Positions 13,506-26,241 of a stretch of DNA of 64,000 nucleotides are shown piece by piece. The DNA comes from Candidatus Eiseniibacteriota bacterium (GTDB lineage Bacteria; Eisenbacteria; RBG-16-71-46; CAVPCR01): assembly GCA_963702435.1 (NCBI GenBank), contig CAVPCR010000001.1:416001-480000 (forward strand), read 5' to 3'. The translations under genes and the position numbers were made by a program. Under the pieces are notes generated by a model, which made no database searches, had not been told where the DNA came from, and worked only from the letters and a program-made list of their open reading frames with translations. Positions within the stretch are counted from its first letter, which is position 1. Each line of letters opens with the position of its first letter.

Positions 13506-14819
13506 CAACGCACCCCGGCCGTCGCCCGGGCGTAGACCTGCCGCCCGCCGACGATCGTGGCCGCCACCTCGCCGCGAAGCCGGAAGCCCGCGAACGGGGT
13601 GTTCTGCCCCTTCGAGCGGAAGCGTTTCGGGTCCACCTGCCAGCGGGCTTCGGGATCGACGAGCGCGAGATCGGCCGGCGCCCCCGCGGCGAGCACCCCG
13701 CCGGCGAGGCCGAGGATCCGGCGCGGCGCGAGGCTCATCGCCCGGACGAGCCCCGGCAGGTCCACGACCCCCTTGTCCACGAGCTCGGTCAGCATGAGCG
13801 AGAAGGCGGTCTCGAGACCGACCACCCCGAACGGCGCCTGGTCGAACTCGAGCTCCTTCTCGTGATCGGTGTGCGGAGCGTGGTCGCTCGCGATCGCGTC
13901 GATCGTCCCGTCCCGGAGCCCGGCGCGGAGCGCCAGGACGTCGGCCGCGGTGCGGAGCGGGGGGTTCATCTTGGTGTTCGGATCGTAGCGCCGCACCGCC
14001 TCGTCGGTGAGCACGAGGTGATGGGGCGTCACCTCGGCGGTCACCCGCACGCCGCGCACCTTCGCCTGGCGCACGAGCTCGACGCCGCCGCGGGTCGAGA
14101 GATGCGCGATGTGCACGTGGGCGCCGGTCATCTCGGCGAGCAGGATGTCGCGCGCGATCATGACATCCTCGGCCGCCGACGGGATTCCGCGGAGGCCGAG
14201 CTCGGTCGCCACCCGGCCTTCGTTCATGACGCCGTTCGCCGCGAGGTCCCGGTCCTCGCAGTGATCGATGATCGGCGCTCCCACCATCTTCCCGTACTCG
14301 AGGGCGCGGCGCATGAGCTCGGCGTTCCTGACCGGGGCGCCGTCATCGGAGAAGGCGACCGCCCCGGCGGCGCGGAGATCCGCCATCTCGGTCAGCTGCT
14401 CCCCGGCGCGATCCTGGGTCACCGCGGCGATCACGTGCACGCGGGCGAGCCCGGCCGCGCGGGCCCGCTCGCGCACGAAGCGGACGCGCGACTGGTCGTC
14501 GAGCGCGGGACGCGTGTTCGGCATGCAGGCGACGTCGGTGAAGCCGCCGGCGACCGCCGCCGCCACCCCGCTCGCCACCGTCTCCTTGTCCTCCTCTCCG
14601 GGCTCGCGGAGGTGCACGTGCATGTCGCAGAGACCGGGAAGGACGAGGAGGCCCGCGGCATCGAGGACCGTGGCCCCGGGAGCGCCGGCGAGCCCGGTGC
14701 CGATCGCCGCGATCGTGTCACCGGCGATCGCGACGTCGGCCACGCGATCGACGCCGTTCCCGTCCACGAGCCGGCCGCCGCGGACGAGGAGGGTTACCGG
14801 CTGCGCCGTGGCCATCTGC

Positions 14820-14827
<8 letters not shown>
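13505..14827 (-). CDS. pyrC: dihydroorotase
   Basis: [33 protein letters not shown] and SDHAPH motifs. Confidence 0.96.
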
Positions 14828-16752
<1,925 letters not shown>

Positions 16753-16782
16753 GAAGAATGCGGTGGAGGTGCCCCGGGGGGG

Positions 16783-16831
16783 GCGCGGGTCGCCCGGGAG
16801 TGCGCGGGTCGCCCGGGAGTGCGCGGGTCGC
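16783..16831. repeat. 19-bp tandem repeat, about 2.6 copies
   Basis: GCGCGGGTCGCCCGGGAGT at 16783 and 16802, partial copy at 16821. Confidence 0.85.
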
Positions 16832-16834
16832 GGG

Positions 16835-17398
16835 TCAGCGCGGGGCGTCGAACCGGCGCTTCACGCGCCCCCAGGTCGTCGCGTCCACGGCCAGCGGCAC
16901 CGCGGCGATCGACCCGTCCCGCCCGGTGGCGGGGAGCTGGATCGCGGGGGTCCGCTCGAGGAGGATCGAGCGGAAGGCGAGCGGCGAGGTGCCCGCCGCG
17001 ATCAGGTCCACGTCGAAGGTGCAGAGCGTTCCCGAGCCCACGAAGCCCGTCGGGTCCGGGGTCGAGAAGGCGATACGGAAGACGCCTTCGGCCGGGATCG
17101 AGGCGCCCCAGATCCCGGGCAGCGACTGGCCGAAGGGCCCGCGCGCGAGCGTGAGCGGGAGCGGGGTCACGATGGCCGGGTCGAAGCCGATGTCGATCGT
17201 CCCCGCCTGCATGCTGTCGGCCCCGGCGATGTCGAGGGCGACGCGAAGACGACCCGTGACGAATCCGTTCAGGTCGGGAAGCGAGAGCTCCGCGGGCGGA
17301 TCCTCTGCCCGGGCCGGGGCGGCGGCGCCGAGGCCGAGCCCAAGGGCGAGCACGGTGAGCAAGGCGGCGTGCCGCAGCATCGAGGACGAGAGACTCAT
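16835..17398 (-). CDS. secreted cohesin-like beta-sandwich protein with C-terminal TWGRVK motif
   Basis: Signal peptide ending APARA; cohesin-like pattern (IDIGFDPAIV...GVFRIAF...GSGTLCTFDV); ends VDATTWGRVKRRFDAPR. Confidence 0.7.
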   Translation of the reverse strand: MSLSSSMLRHAALLTVLALGLGLGAAAPARAEDPPAELSLPDLNGFVTGRLRVALDIAGADSMQAGTIDIGFDPAIVTPLPLTLARGPFGQSLPGIWGASIPAEGVFRIAFSTPDPTGFVGSGTLCTFDVDLIAAGTSPLAFRSILLERTPAIQLPATGRDGSIAAVPLAVDATTWGRVKRRFDAPR

Positions 17399-18615
17399 CG
17401 TGTCGATTGTAGCAGATTCGCCGCCGCGCCGGCAGGCTCCGGGGCGCCGCCGGCGAGGCGCGCGTAGAGATCCACCGTGGCGGCGATCGCCCGCTCCATC
17501 GAGAACTCCTCGGCGACGACGCGCCGGCCCGCCTGCCCCATCGACCGCCGCCGGGCCGGGTCATCGAGGAGACTCGCGATCGCCGCGGCGAGCGCCGCCG
17601 CATCGCGCGGGGGCACGAGGAGTCCGGTCTCGCCCTCGCGCACGACCTCCGGGATGCCGCCGACCCGGCTCGCCACGGCGGGGAGCCCGACCGCCATCGC
17701 CTCGAGGATCACGTACCCGAGCGCCTCGTCCCACACCGAGGGACAGACGAAGAGATCGGATGCGGCGAGGAGCGCGTGCACGTCATCGCGCTTCCCGAGG
17801 AGGCGCACGCGGCCCGCGAGCCCGAGCCGGTCGATCTGCGCGGCGAGCGCATCCCGCCGGTCGCCGTCCCCGGCCACGAGCACGGTGAGTCCGGGGCGCG
17901 CGCGGAGGAGATCCGCGGCGTCGATCAGGTAGTTCAAGCCCTTGAAGTCGATGAGCTGCCCGACCGAGGTCACGACCTCGCCGTCGGGCGGGATCGCGAG
18001 CCGGGCGCGGATCGCGCTCGCGGGCTCCTCGACCGGGTGGAACCGGGAGAGATCCACGCCGTTGTAGAGCACGTCGACGAGTGACGCGGGCACGTGGTCC
18101 GAGACGACGAGGCGCCGGCGTACGTAGTCGGACACCGCGAGGATCCTGGCGACGGCGCCGAGACACACGCCGTTGCGGAGCCGCGCCGCGACGTCGCGCG
18201 GGAGCGAGCGCGCGGCGAAGGGCAGCGAGATGTGCTCGGTCGCGATCACGTTCCGCGCCCCGCCGGCGCGGAGCGCGAGCGGCAGGAGCGAGAAGATGAC
18301 GCAGAAGTGGAGATGCACGACGTCGGGCGTGAGCGTGCGCGCGAGTCGCCGCAGGAGACGCGCCATGGCCAGGTCGCGCGCCATCCCGCTCGGCCACGCG
18401 TTCCGGGCCGCGAATTCGGGCTGCGCCGAGAGGACAAGGATCTCCGCGCCCGCCGCCCGGAGCTCTGCTTCGAGCCAGCGCGGCGGCGGCCCCCAGAAGG
18501 CCTGGACGCTCCGCCACCCGCGACCCTCGAGGGCCGCGGCGAGCCGCACCGTGTAGTTCTCGAACGACCCCCGCTTGTCGGGGGCCACATCCATGACGGC
18601 GAGATGGGTCGGCAC
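17395..18615 (-). CDS. glycosyltransferase family 4
   Basis: LYNGVDL, VGQLIDFKG, PSVWDEALGYVILEAMAVG and SRVGGIPE (E-x7-E) motifs. Confidence 0.92.
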   Translation of the reverse strand: MPTHLAVMDVAPDKRGSFENYTVRLAAALEGRGWRSVQAFWGPPPRWLEAELRAAGAEILVLSAQPEFAARNAWPSGMARDLAMARLLRRLARTLTPDVVHLHFCVIFSLLPLALRAGGARNVIATEHISLPFAARSLPRDVAARLRNGVCLGAVARILAVSDYVRRRLVVSDHVPASLVDVLYNGVDLSRFHPVEEPASAIRARLAIPPDGEVVTSVGQLIDFKGLNYLIDAADLLRARPGLTVLVAGDGDRRDALAAQIDRLGLAGRVRLLGKRDDVHALLAASDLFVCPSVWDEALGYVILEAMAVGLPAVASRVGGIPEVVREGETGLLVPPRDAAALAAAIASLLDDPARRRSMGQAGRRVVAEEFSMERAIAATVDLYARLAGGAPEPAGAAANLLQSTR

Positions 18616-18628
18616 CGCTGGCCCCGCT

Positions 18629-19282
18629 CTACGCCTCGCCGCCGCCGAACTCGGGAGCCCGCGCCCTGACGCGCCGGCGCGAGCGTCCCCCGAGTCCCTG
18701 CCCGACGTGGATCCCGACCCGCGACACGGCGAGGACGAAACCCATGATCATGAGCTCCCAGAACATGGCGTCGAAGTTGTGCTCGCGAATCAGGCTCCGG
18801 AGGAAGTTCGGCTCGCCCGCCGTGCGCTGGATGTCCATGAAGAGCGGGTAGGCGACCACGAAGTAGCGGTCGGTGAGCGGCCACAGGAGCGGGACGCCGT
18901 TCGGCGGCCGCTTGTCGAGCGAGAACATGTCGAGCAGGAGATGCGAGCTGAAGGCGAGCGCCATCCACAGCCCGAAGCGGAGCGGCGCTCGGGCGCGACA
19001 GAGCCAGGCGATGAGAGTCGCGCCGAGCCCGAAGAGGACCGCGGCGCCGAGGCTGTGCGCGGGGCCGTGATGAAAGCGGTCGGCTTCACCGATGAGGATC
19101 CCGGGGATGAAATCGAGATCGGGCGCGTTCGCCGCGAAGACGAGCAGGGCGGCGAAGCCGAGCCCGGCGAGCCGGGAGCGGCCTTTGCGCCGGCGCGCGG
19201 CGTGGCGGCGCCCTGCCGGATGGAGGCGACTGAACCCTTCGATAACGAGGCCGGCGAGTCCGTGTCCAACCGGAGATGGCAT
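18629..19282 (-). CDS. inner-membrane metal-dependent hydrolase (YdjM-like)
   Basis: MPSPVGH, APDLD, HHGPAHSL, SHLLLD and GVPLLWP motifs with hydrophobic segments. Confidence 0.85.
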   Translation of the reverse strand: MPSPVGHGLAGLVIEGFSRLHPAGRRHAARRRKGRSRLAGLGFAALLVFAANAPDLDFIPGILIGEADRFHHGPAHSLGAAVLFGLGATLIAWLCRARAPLRFGLWMALAFSSHLLLDMFSLDKRPPNGVPLLWPLTDRYFVVAYPLFMDIQRTAGEPNFLRSLIREHNFDAMFWELMIMGFVLAVSRVGIHVGQGLGGRSRRRVRARAPEFGGGEA

Positions 19283-19394
19283 GGGGTCCTTGTGCAGTCC
19301 CTGATGGGATGGGTTTCGGGGTCGGGGGGTGGCCCGGGGTCACCCCCGGAGCGAAGCGTCGCACTCCGCACCGGCGAGACCGAGCCGCTCCTGG

Positions 19395-20456
19395 TTATCG
19401 GCGGCCGGCGGCCGCAGGTTGCGGGAAAACAGCGGCCGGCGGGCGGAGCGTCCGCTGGACGATCGGAGCCAGGCTCCGGAGCTCGTTCATGAGGGTCGCG
19501 AACTGATCGGGGAAGAGCGCCTGCGGCCCGTCCGAGAGGGCGCGATCGGGATCGTTGTGCACCTCGATCATCACGCCGTCGGCCCCGACCGCGATCGCGG
19601 CGCGGGCGAGCGGGGCGACCTTGTGGCGGCGGCCCGTGCCGTGGCTCGGGTCGACGATGATCGGCAGGTGGCTCATGCGCTTGACGGCGGGGACGACCGC
19701 GAGATCGAGCGTGTTGCGCGCGTGATCGGAGAACGTGCGCACACCGCGCTCGCAGAGGACGATGTGCGGGTTCCCCTCGGCCGCGATGTACTCCGCCGCC
19801 ATGAGGAGCTCCTCGACCGTCGCCGCCATGCCGCGCTTCAGGAGCACGGGCTTCCGGGCGCGGCCCGCTCGCTTCAGGAGCGCGAAGTTCTGCATGTTCC
19901 GCGCGCCGATCTGGATCATGTCGGCGGTCTCGGCGACCAGATCGCACGAGCGATCGTCGACGGCCTCGGTGACGACAGGGAGGCCGACCTCGGCGCGCAC
20001 GCGGGCCAGGATCTCGAGGCCTTCGGGGCCGAGACCCTGGAAGCTGTAGGGCGAGGTGCGCGGCTTGTACGCGCCGCCGCGCAGGAGATGCGCGCCGGCC
20101 GCCTTCACCGCGCGCGCCACGGCGAGCGTCTGCTCGAGGCTCTCGACCGCGCACGGGCCGGCGATGACGACCACCTCGGGCCCGCCGATCGTCACCCCGC
20201 CGGCAACGACCAGCGAGTCAGCCCGCCCCACGTCGCGGCCGACGAGCTTCCAGGGATGGGTGATCTGGATGGCCTCGGCGACCCCGGCCATATCCTCGAA
20301 GTGCGCCGGATCGACGGCGGTCGTATTGCCGGTCACGCCGATCGCGGTCGTGACCGCGCCCGGAATCGGGTGGGGGACGAACCCGAGCGCGCGAATGCGG
20401 TCGGTGACCGCCTTGATCTCCCCCGGGGTGGCCCCGGGGCGCATCACCACGATCAT
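19395..20456 (-). CDS. aroF: 3-deoxy-7-phosphoheptulonate (DAHP) synthase, type I-beta with N-terminal regulatory domain
   Basis: Starts [47 protein letters not shown] and DPSHGTG motifs. Confidence 0.93.
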   Translation of the reverse strand: MIVVMRPGATPGEIKAVTDRIRALGFVPHPIPGAVTTAIGVTGNTTAVDPAHFEDMAGVAEAIQITHPWKLVGRDVGRADSLVVAGGVTIGGPEVVVIAGPCAVESLEQTLAVARAVKAAGAHLLRGGAYKPRTSPYSFQGLGPEGLEILARVRAEVGLPVVTEAVDDRSCDLVAETADMIQIGARNMQNFALLKRAGRARKPVLLKRGMAATVEELLMAAEYIAAEGNPHIVLCERGVRTFSDHARNTLDLAVVPAVKRMSHLPIIVDPSHGTGRRHKVAPLARAAIAVGADGVMIEVHNDPDRALSDGPQALFPDQFATLMNELRSLAPIVQRTLRPPAAVFPQPAAAGRR

Positions 20457-20711
20457 CGAGGCAGCGTGGCCCTTTCCTGGAGCGAGCGGATCCTGGGAGC
20501 GAGCGGCAAGCGCCGGCAGCCTCGCCGACGCTTGACCGCTGATCCTAGCACGTCCGTGCGGCGGCTCCGGCGGCCGCCTCCCCCCGATCGCCTCCCGGCC
20601 ATCCCCTGCCCCACGCCACGGCCGCCTCCCCCGCCCGGCCCCGGTGTGGTAGCGTCTCGGCGCCATGGCACGCGCGGCGGCCCCCTCCACCCCCCATTCC
20701 GCGGGCACGTG

Positions 20712-23333
20712 ATGCCACCGGCTTCCCCGCGCGCTCTCGGCCTCTCCCTCGCCCTCCTCGGCGTCATCGCCTGGGTCGCCTTCTTCCTGGCCCCGGCGGT
20801 CCCGGCCGACCGGGCGCTCCTCGGTGTGGACCTCCTCCATCGGTTTCCCCCCTGGGAGTCCCAGGTCAGCCCCGACTGGGAGGCGGCGAACCACCTCCTC
20901 TTCGATCAGGCCGCGCAGTTCTATCCGTGGCGGGTCCTCACCCGGGGACTCGCTGCGGCCGGGCTCCCGCCCCTCTGGAATCCCTACGCCGGAACGGGCT
21001 CGCCGCTCCTGGCCAACCAGCAGGCGGCCCCCTTCGCCCCCGCCGAGTGGCTGGCAAGCGGCCTTCCTCCCGACCGGGCCCCCGCGGCGGCGACCGCGAT
21101 CCGCCTCCTCGTGGCCGGGGCCGGCATGGTGCTGCTCGCCGCGGAGCTCGGGGCCGGGGCGAGCGCGGCGCTCTTCGCTGCGATCGCCTTCCTCGGCTCG
21201 GGCTCGCTCGCGATCCTCCTCTATCACCCGAACGCGAACGTGAGCATGTGGCTGCCGCTCGCCGCCCTCCTCTCGTTCCGGATCGCGCGCGGCGGCGAGC
21301 TCCTCGGCGCCGCGCTGCTCGCCCTCGTCATGGGGGCGGTGCTCCTCGGCGGCCACCCGGAGACCGCGCTCTACGTCGGGTTCGCCTCGGTCCTCGTCTT
21401 CGCGACCGGACGGCTCCTGCCGCCCCCGACCGCGGCGAGCCGCCCGCGCCTCGCCGCGGCGTTCGCCTTCCTCGCCGCGGCCCACCTCGCGGCCCTCCTC
21501 GTCGCCGCCCCCGGCCTCCTCCCCTTCCTCGAATATCTGCGCGAAGGCGCAGTTATCGCCAATCGCGGCACAACCCGGTTCTGGAACCCGCCGTCCTGCG
21601 CGGTCGGCCTCGTCATGCCCGAGATCTACGGCACACCCGTGCGCCCGAACACCTACTTCGGACCGCGGAACTACCACGCGGTGGCCACCCAGTACGCGGG
21701 GCTCGCGACGGCCGTGCTCGCGCTCGTCGCGCTGGGGAGCGCCCTCCTCCCCGGCACCCGTCGCCCCGATCCGACGCGCCGCCGCCTCGTGCTCGCCCTC
21801 GGCTCCGGGCTCGTCCTCGCGCTCGCCCTCGTCTACCCGACGCCGCTCTGGCAGCTCGCGCAGCACGTGCCTGTCTTCCGCATCTCGGCCAACGTCACCG
21901 GGCTCACGCTCCTCACGGCGTTCGCCCTCGCCCTCCTCGGCGCCTGCGGTCTCGAGACGGTGATCGGCGGCGGGCGCCCGGCGGCCGGGCGCCACGGCCC
22001 CGGACGCCCGGTCGGCGCGGTGAGCGAGCGCGGCGCGCGGAGCCGCCACGGAGCCCTCGTCCTCCTCCTCGCCTTCGCCGCCGCGATCTTGCTCGGCGCG
22101 GGCCTCCTCCTGCCGGTCGCCCGCGAGAAGCTCCTCGCGATCGGAGCCGAGCGGCTCGCCGCCCGCTACGCCGGGGTCTCGCATGCGAAGCCGCTCGAGT
22201 ACTACATGGAGCGGCTGCCGCTCGTCCTCGCCGCCGTGCGCTCGACGCTCATCCACACCGGTCTTCTCGGCATCGCGCTCGCGCTCCTCCTCGGGCCGGC
22301 GGCGCGGTTCGTCCGCAACCCCGCCCTCCTCGCCCTCGCCTTCCTCCTCCATCTCGGCGTCGACCTCGCGCACTTCGGGCGGGGCTACGTGCCGGCCATT
22401 CCGCGGCGCGAGGTCTTCACCGCGGATCCGGCGATCGCCGCGCTCGAGGCCCGCCCCGGCGTGTCGCGGGCCATCGGCACCGGCCGGGCCTTCCCGCCGA
22501 ACACGCTCACCGCCTACGGGATCGAGGACTTCCGCCTGCACGACGCGGTGGGCAGCGCCGCGCACAGCCGCTACGCGGCGGCGCTGTCGGCGGCGCCGTT
22601 CCTCCGGCAGCCCCTCGCCTCCTTCGATCCCGATCTCCTCGCCGCCGCCGGGATCGACGCGATCGCCGCCGAACCGGCGGACCCGGCGCCGGGGGGCAGC
22701 GCGTTCACGGAGATCGCGCGGGGCGGGGTGACCGTGCTCGGTCACGAGCGCGCGTGGCCTCGCGCATTTTTCTGCGCTCGCGCGCAGGAAGCGGCGAGCG
22801 ACTCGACGGCGGTCGAGGCGGCGCGGAGCGCCGCCCGCGCTGCGGCGGGCGTCCCGCCGCTCCCGGCGGCGGCGGCCCTCGGCCCCGCGCGCACCGGGAC
22901 GCAGGTGGCCCCGCCGGCGCTCTGGCGCCTGGTCGCGCTCCTCTATCCCGGGGTCGCGGCGGAGAGCCCGGCGGCGCTCACCCGGAGCGGGGCGGTCTAC
23001 GGCGCCGCATCCGATGCCGCGACCCGCGTGCTCGGCGACCTCGCGCACTCCCCGCTCGCCGTCACCGCCACCCTGACCGCCCCGGAGGCGGGCTGGCTCG
23101 TGCTCCTCGATCAGGACTTCCCGGGCTGGAAGGTCGAGGTGGATGGAGCGCCGGCGCGGGCGGCCCGCGCCTTCGGCCTCTTCCGTGCGGTCCGCGTGCC
23201 GGCGGGACTCCACACGGTCACCTGGCGGTACGAGCCGGCTTCGTTCGCGCTCGGTCTGGCGCTCGCGGCCGGCGGGCTCGCCGTGACGCTCGGTGCGCTC
23301 CTCACCGGGCTCCTCGTCCGGCGCGCTCGCTAG
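20712..23333 (+). CDS. YfhO-family polytopic membrane protein (putative GT-C glycosyltransferase)
   Basis: DQAAQFYPW, PLWNPYAGTGSPLLAN, GGHPE, and C-terminal FPGWKVEVDG...FRAVRVPAGLHTVTWRYEP; many transmembrane segments. Confidence 0.85.
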   Translation: MPPASPRALGLSLALLGVIAWVAFFLAPAVPADRALLGVDLLHRFPPWESQVSPDWEAANHLLFDQAAQFYPWRVLTRGLAAAGLPPLWNPYAGTGSPLLANQQAAPFAPAEWLASGLPPDRAPAAATAIRLLVAGAGMVLLAAELGAGASAALFAAIAFLGSGSLAILLYHPNANVSMWLPLAALLSFRIARGGELLGAALLALVMGAVLLGGHPETALYVGFASVLVFATGRLLPPPTAASRPRLAAAFAFLAAAHLAALLVAAPGLLPFLEYLREGAVIANRGTTRFWNPPSCAVGLVMPEIYGTPVRPNTYFGPRNYHAVATQYAGLATAVLALVALGSALLPGTRRPDPTRRRLVLALGSGLVLALALVYPTPLWQLAQHVPVFRISANVTGLTLLTAFALALLGACGLETVIGGGRPAAGRHGPGRPVGAVSERGARSRHGALVLLLAFAAAILLGAGLLLPVAREKLLAIGAERLAARYAGVSHAKPLEYYMERLPLVLAAVRSTLIHTGLLGIALALLLGPAARFVRNPALLALAFLLHLGVDLAHFGRGYVPAIPRREVFTADPAIAALEARPGVSRAIGTGRAFPPNTLTAYGIEDFRLHDAVGSAAHSRYAAALSAAPFLRQPLASFDPDLLAAAGIDAIAAEPADPAPGGSAFTEIARGGVTVLGHERAWPRAFFCARAQEAASDSTAVEAARSAARAAAGVPPLPAAAALGPARTGTQVAPPALWRLVALLYPGVAAESPAALTRSGAVYGAASDAATRVLGDLAHSPLAVTATLTAPEAGWLVLLDQDFPGWKVEVDGAPARAARAFGLFRAVRVPAGLHTVTWRYEPASFALGLALAAGGLAVTLGALLTGLLVRRAR

Positions 23334-23374
23334 CGGCGCGGCCGGCGACCGTCATCGCCCCGGCCGCACGGGCG

Positions 23375-25054
23375 CTACACCGCCGGCTGCCGCCGCGAGC
23401 GGAGCAAGAGGTCGAGCCCGGCCTGCCGGAGCATCGCGATCCCGAAGAAGGCGATGAGCACGGTCGAGATCGGATCCAGCTTCCAGCGCAGGACGGCGAC
23501 CAGCCCGAAGGCGACCGCGAGCCCGAGCGCGCTCAGGTCGACGGCGCGGCGGAGACGCACCGGGAGGGCCTGCCACCGTTCGGGCCCGGGGTACCGGTGC
23601 TCCTCCACCTCGGTGACGAGGGTCGCCTTGCGATCCGGCAGGAGGTGCACGGTGACGAAGCTCAGCAGGTAGGCCAGCGAGCCGATCAGGATCAGCATGT
23701 TGATCGAGAGCTCGCCGCCAGCGACGCCGGGGATGCCGAAGAGGAGCTGCTGCAGCGACTGCAGGAAACCGAATTCGAGACCGTGCTCGTAGAGCCAGGC
23801 GCCGCTCGCGTAGCTGAACGAGTAGGCCAGGTTCGACACCGACATGAAACCGGCGAAGAGGCTTCCCGCGGCGGCCACCGGGATCACGGCCCCGACCAGG
23901 CTGAAGGTGCTCATCCGGATCAGGCTGACGCCGATGGCGAGGAGCCCGTTGAAGGCGCAGAGGTAGACGAGCCGTGCCGTCTCCTCGCCCAGGAAGGGGA
24001 ACACGCGAGAGACGCCGAGCGCGATCGTCGAGAACCACGGATCGACTTGCAGGTACTGCGTCAGGTTCATGGCGACGCTAATCAGGATGTAGAAGCGGAA
24101 GATCTTCCGGAGCCCGATCCGGTCCTGCCACTTGACACCCTTCCAGGCGAAGAGGAGGACGCCGAGGAAGTACCCGGTGTAGCTCACGCCGTCGGCGATC
24201 CCGATCTGGGTCTGCGAGAAGCGGAGCGTCTCGATCAGGTAGTTGGTCCAGAGGGCGCCCATCGCCGGCTGGAAGTGGAAGATGAAGTAGAAGAGGATGA
24301 TCCCGAGGATCGGTCCGGTGTGGAGGCCGCGCCAGAACCCGAGGATCGACTGCTTGAGCGGGATGCCCACAGTGCGGTCCCGCGGCAGGAGGAGCACGAA
24401 GGCGAGCACCGAGAGCGGCACCACGGCGAGGACCACCATGAGGCCGTGGAAGGGCACGTGCTCGGCGAGGTAGCCGCCGAGAACCGCGGCCAGGATGCTG
24501 GTGCCGTAGATCGCCGTCCAGCAGATCGCCTGGTTCAATCCGACCATCGTCGACTTGGAGCGGCCCGTCGCCTTCGCTTCCTCATCGCCCGCGATGACCG
24601 TGGCCCGGTCGACCGAGACATCGGTCGCGGCCATCACGATCGAGAGCACGAACATCAACGCGAAGAAGGCCGTCGCCCCCGTGTCGAGGACCGGCGTCAG
24701 GAGGAACCCGAGCACGCCGAGGCTGAGGAGCAGGATGAGGATCGTCCGCGTGCGCCCGTAGGCGTCGATGAGGAAGCCGAGGAGCGGCTTGAAGCTCCAG
24801 GCGAGGTAGGACTTCGAGAAGTAGCCCTGGGTCGCCGCCTCGCTCAATCCGTAGTCGGTGCGGAAGTGGCGAAAGAACGGCTGGTAGGTGATCCCCTGGA
24901 ACGGATTGGCGAGCCCCTGCAGCACGTACTCCATCGCGAAGACGAACTTGAGCGGATGGACCCCGAAGATCTTGCGCACGGGCGGGGCGGGCTGGGATGC
25001 GGGATCGGGGACGGGCGGCGACGCGGCGACGGCGGATCCGGTGTCCTGAGTCAT
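23375..25054 (-). CDS. MFS transporter, folate/biopterin (BT1)-like, with C-terminal extension
   Basis: AWSFKPLLGFLID and ATDVSVDR motifs; roughly 12-14 hydrophobic segments. Confidence 0.75.
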   Translation of the reverse strand: MTQDTGSAVAASPPVPDPASQPAPPVRKIFGVHPLKFVFAMEYVLQGLANPFQGITYQPFFRHFRTDYGLSEAATQGYFSKSYLAWSFKPLLGFLIDAYGRTRTILILLLSLGVLGFLLTPVLDTGATAFFALMFVLSIVMAATDVSVDRATVIAGDEEAKATGRSKSTMVGLNQAICWTAIYGTSILAAVLGGYLAEHVPFHGLMVVLAVVPLSVLAFVLLLPRDRTVGIPLKQSILGFWRGLHTGPILGIILFYFIFHFQPAMGALWTNYLIETLRFSQTQIGIADGVSYTGYFLGVLLFAWKGVKWQDRIGLRKIFRFYILISVAMNLTQYLQVDPWFSTIALGVSRVFPFLGEETARLVYLCAFNGLLAIGVSLIRMSTFSLVGAVIPVAAAGSLFAGFMSVSNLAYSFSYASGAWLYEHGLEFGFLQSLQQLLFGIPGVAGGELSINMLILIGSLAYLLSFVTVHLLPDRKATLVTEVEEHRYPGPERWQALPVRLRRAVDLSALGLAVAFGLVAVLRWKLDPISTVLIAFFGIAMLRQAGLDLLLRSRRQPAV

Positions 25055-25225
25055 ACGCCCGATGATACCAGCAATCGGCCCGGGCGGGCACAGCGGGCCC
25101 GGGCATGGCGCGAGCGCGGCCACGACGCGCGCGGGCATCGCGCGCTATCATCGCGCCGGCGGATGCGAGGCCGGGATTCGCGGGCCCGCACCGCTTCCGA
25201 GACGACGACTGGACCGGAGGTGACC

Positions 25226-26038
25226 ATGACCGAGGCGGGCGCCCTTCCCGCGATCTACGCGCGGGGTGGCATGAGCGTCGAGATCTACGATTCCATGCAT
25301 CCGATCCTCGCCGCCGGGATGGGGGACACGGCATTCCTCCTCGCCGAGGCCGCGACGACCGGCGGACCGCTCCTCGAGCTCGCGTGCGGCACGGGCCGGG
25401 TCCTGTGGCCGCTCGCGGAAGCGGGATACGAGGTGACCGGACTCGACCTGAACCGGCCGATGCTCGCCCTCGCCGAGGCCAAGGCGGCGAGCCGACCGCC
25501 GGAGGTGCGCTCGCGCGTGCGCTTCGTCGAGTCGGGGATGCAGGAGTTCGCGCTGGGCACGTCCTTCGGCCTCATCTTCAGCACGTTCCGCTCGTTTCAG
25601 GGGCTGCTCACGGTGGCGGAGCAGCGCTCGTGCCTCGCGGCCGCGCATCGCCACCTGCGCGCGGGCGGCCGGCTCGTGCTCGACCTCTTCGATCCGCAGC
25701 TCGATCGCCTGCTGCCGCGGAATCCCTATGCGCCGCGGACCTTCGGGAGTTACCGCCATCCGGTGAGCGGCAATAGCGTGCTCTGGGAGTCGGTGGATCA
25801 TCTGAACGATCCGGTCGCGCAGATCCTCACCGAGATCTGGCGCTGGACCGAGGTCGATGCCGAGGGGCGCGTGGTGCGCACGGAGATGGAGGAGCTCAGG
25901 CTCCGCTGGACGTACCGGCACGAGCTCCACCACCTGCTCGAGCTCTCCGGGTTCCGGCTCCTCGCCGAGTACTCCGACTTCCAGAGGAGCGCTCCGGCGT
26001 ACGGGAAGGAGCTCATCGTGGTCTGCACGCGAGCATGA
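25226..26038 (+). CDS. class I SAM-dependent methyltransferase
   Basis: GGAGG before ATG; LELACGTGR, GLDLNRPML and HLRAGGRLVLD motifs. Confidence 0.9.
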   Translation: MTEAGALPAIYARGGMSVEIYDSMHPILAAGMGDTAFLLAEAATTGGPLLELACGTGRVLWPLAEAGYEVTGLDLNRPMLALAEAKAASRPPEVRSRVRFVESGMQEFALGTSFGLIFSTFRSFQGLLTVAEQRSCLAAAHRHLRAGGRLVLDLFDPQLDRLLPRNPYAPRTFGSYRHPVSGNSVLWESVDHLNDPVAQILTEIWRWTEVDAEGRVVRTEMEELRLRWTYRHELHHLLELSGFRLLAEYSDFQRSAPAYGKELIVVCTRA

Positions 26039-26241
26039 GACCGCTCGCCGCCGTTCCCTGCCGCCCGGGAAGGAAACGGCGACGAAGTTGGCTTGAGTGA
26101 CAACGGCGTGCGCACTCCGGCGGCGCGGAAGGGGGCGCATGCCTTGCGGGAGACTCGCGAAGCAATTCCCTGCACGCAATCTCTCGCAACGCAGCGGCAC
26201 GGTTCGTGCGACACGGTGGGGCGCGGTGGTCGGGAGGGCAA

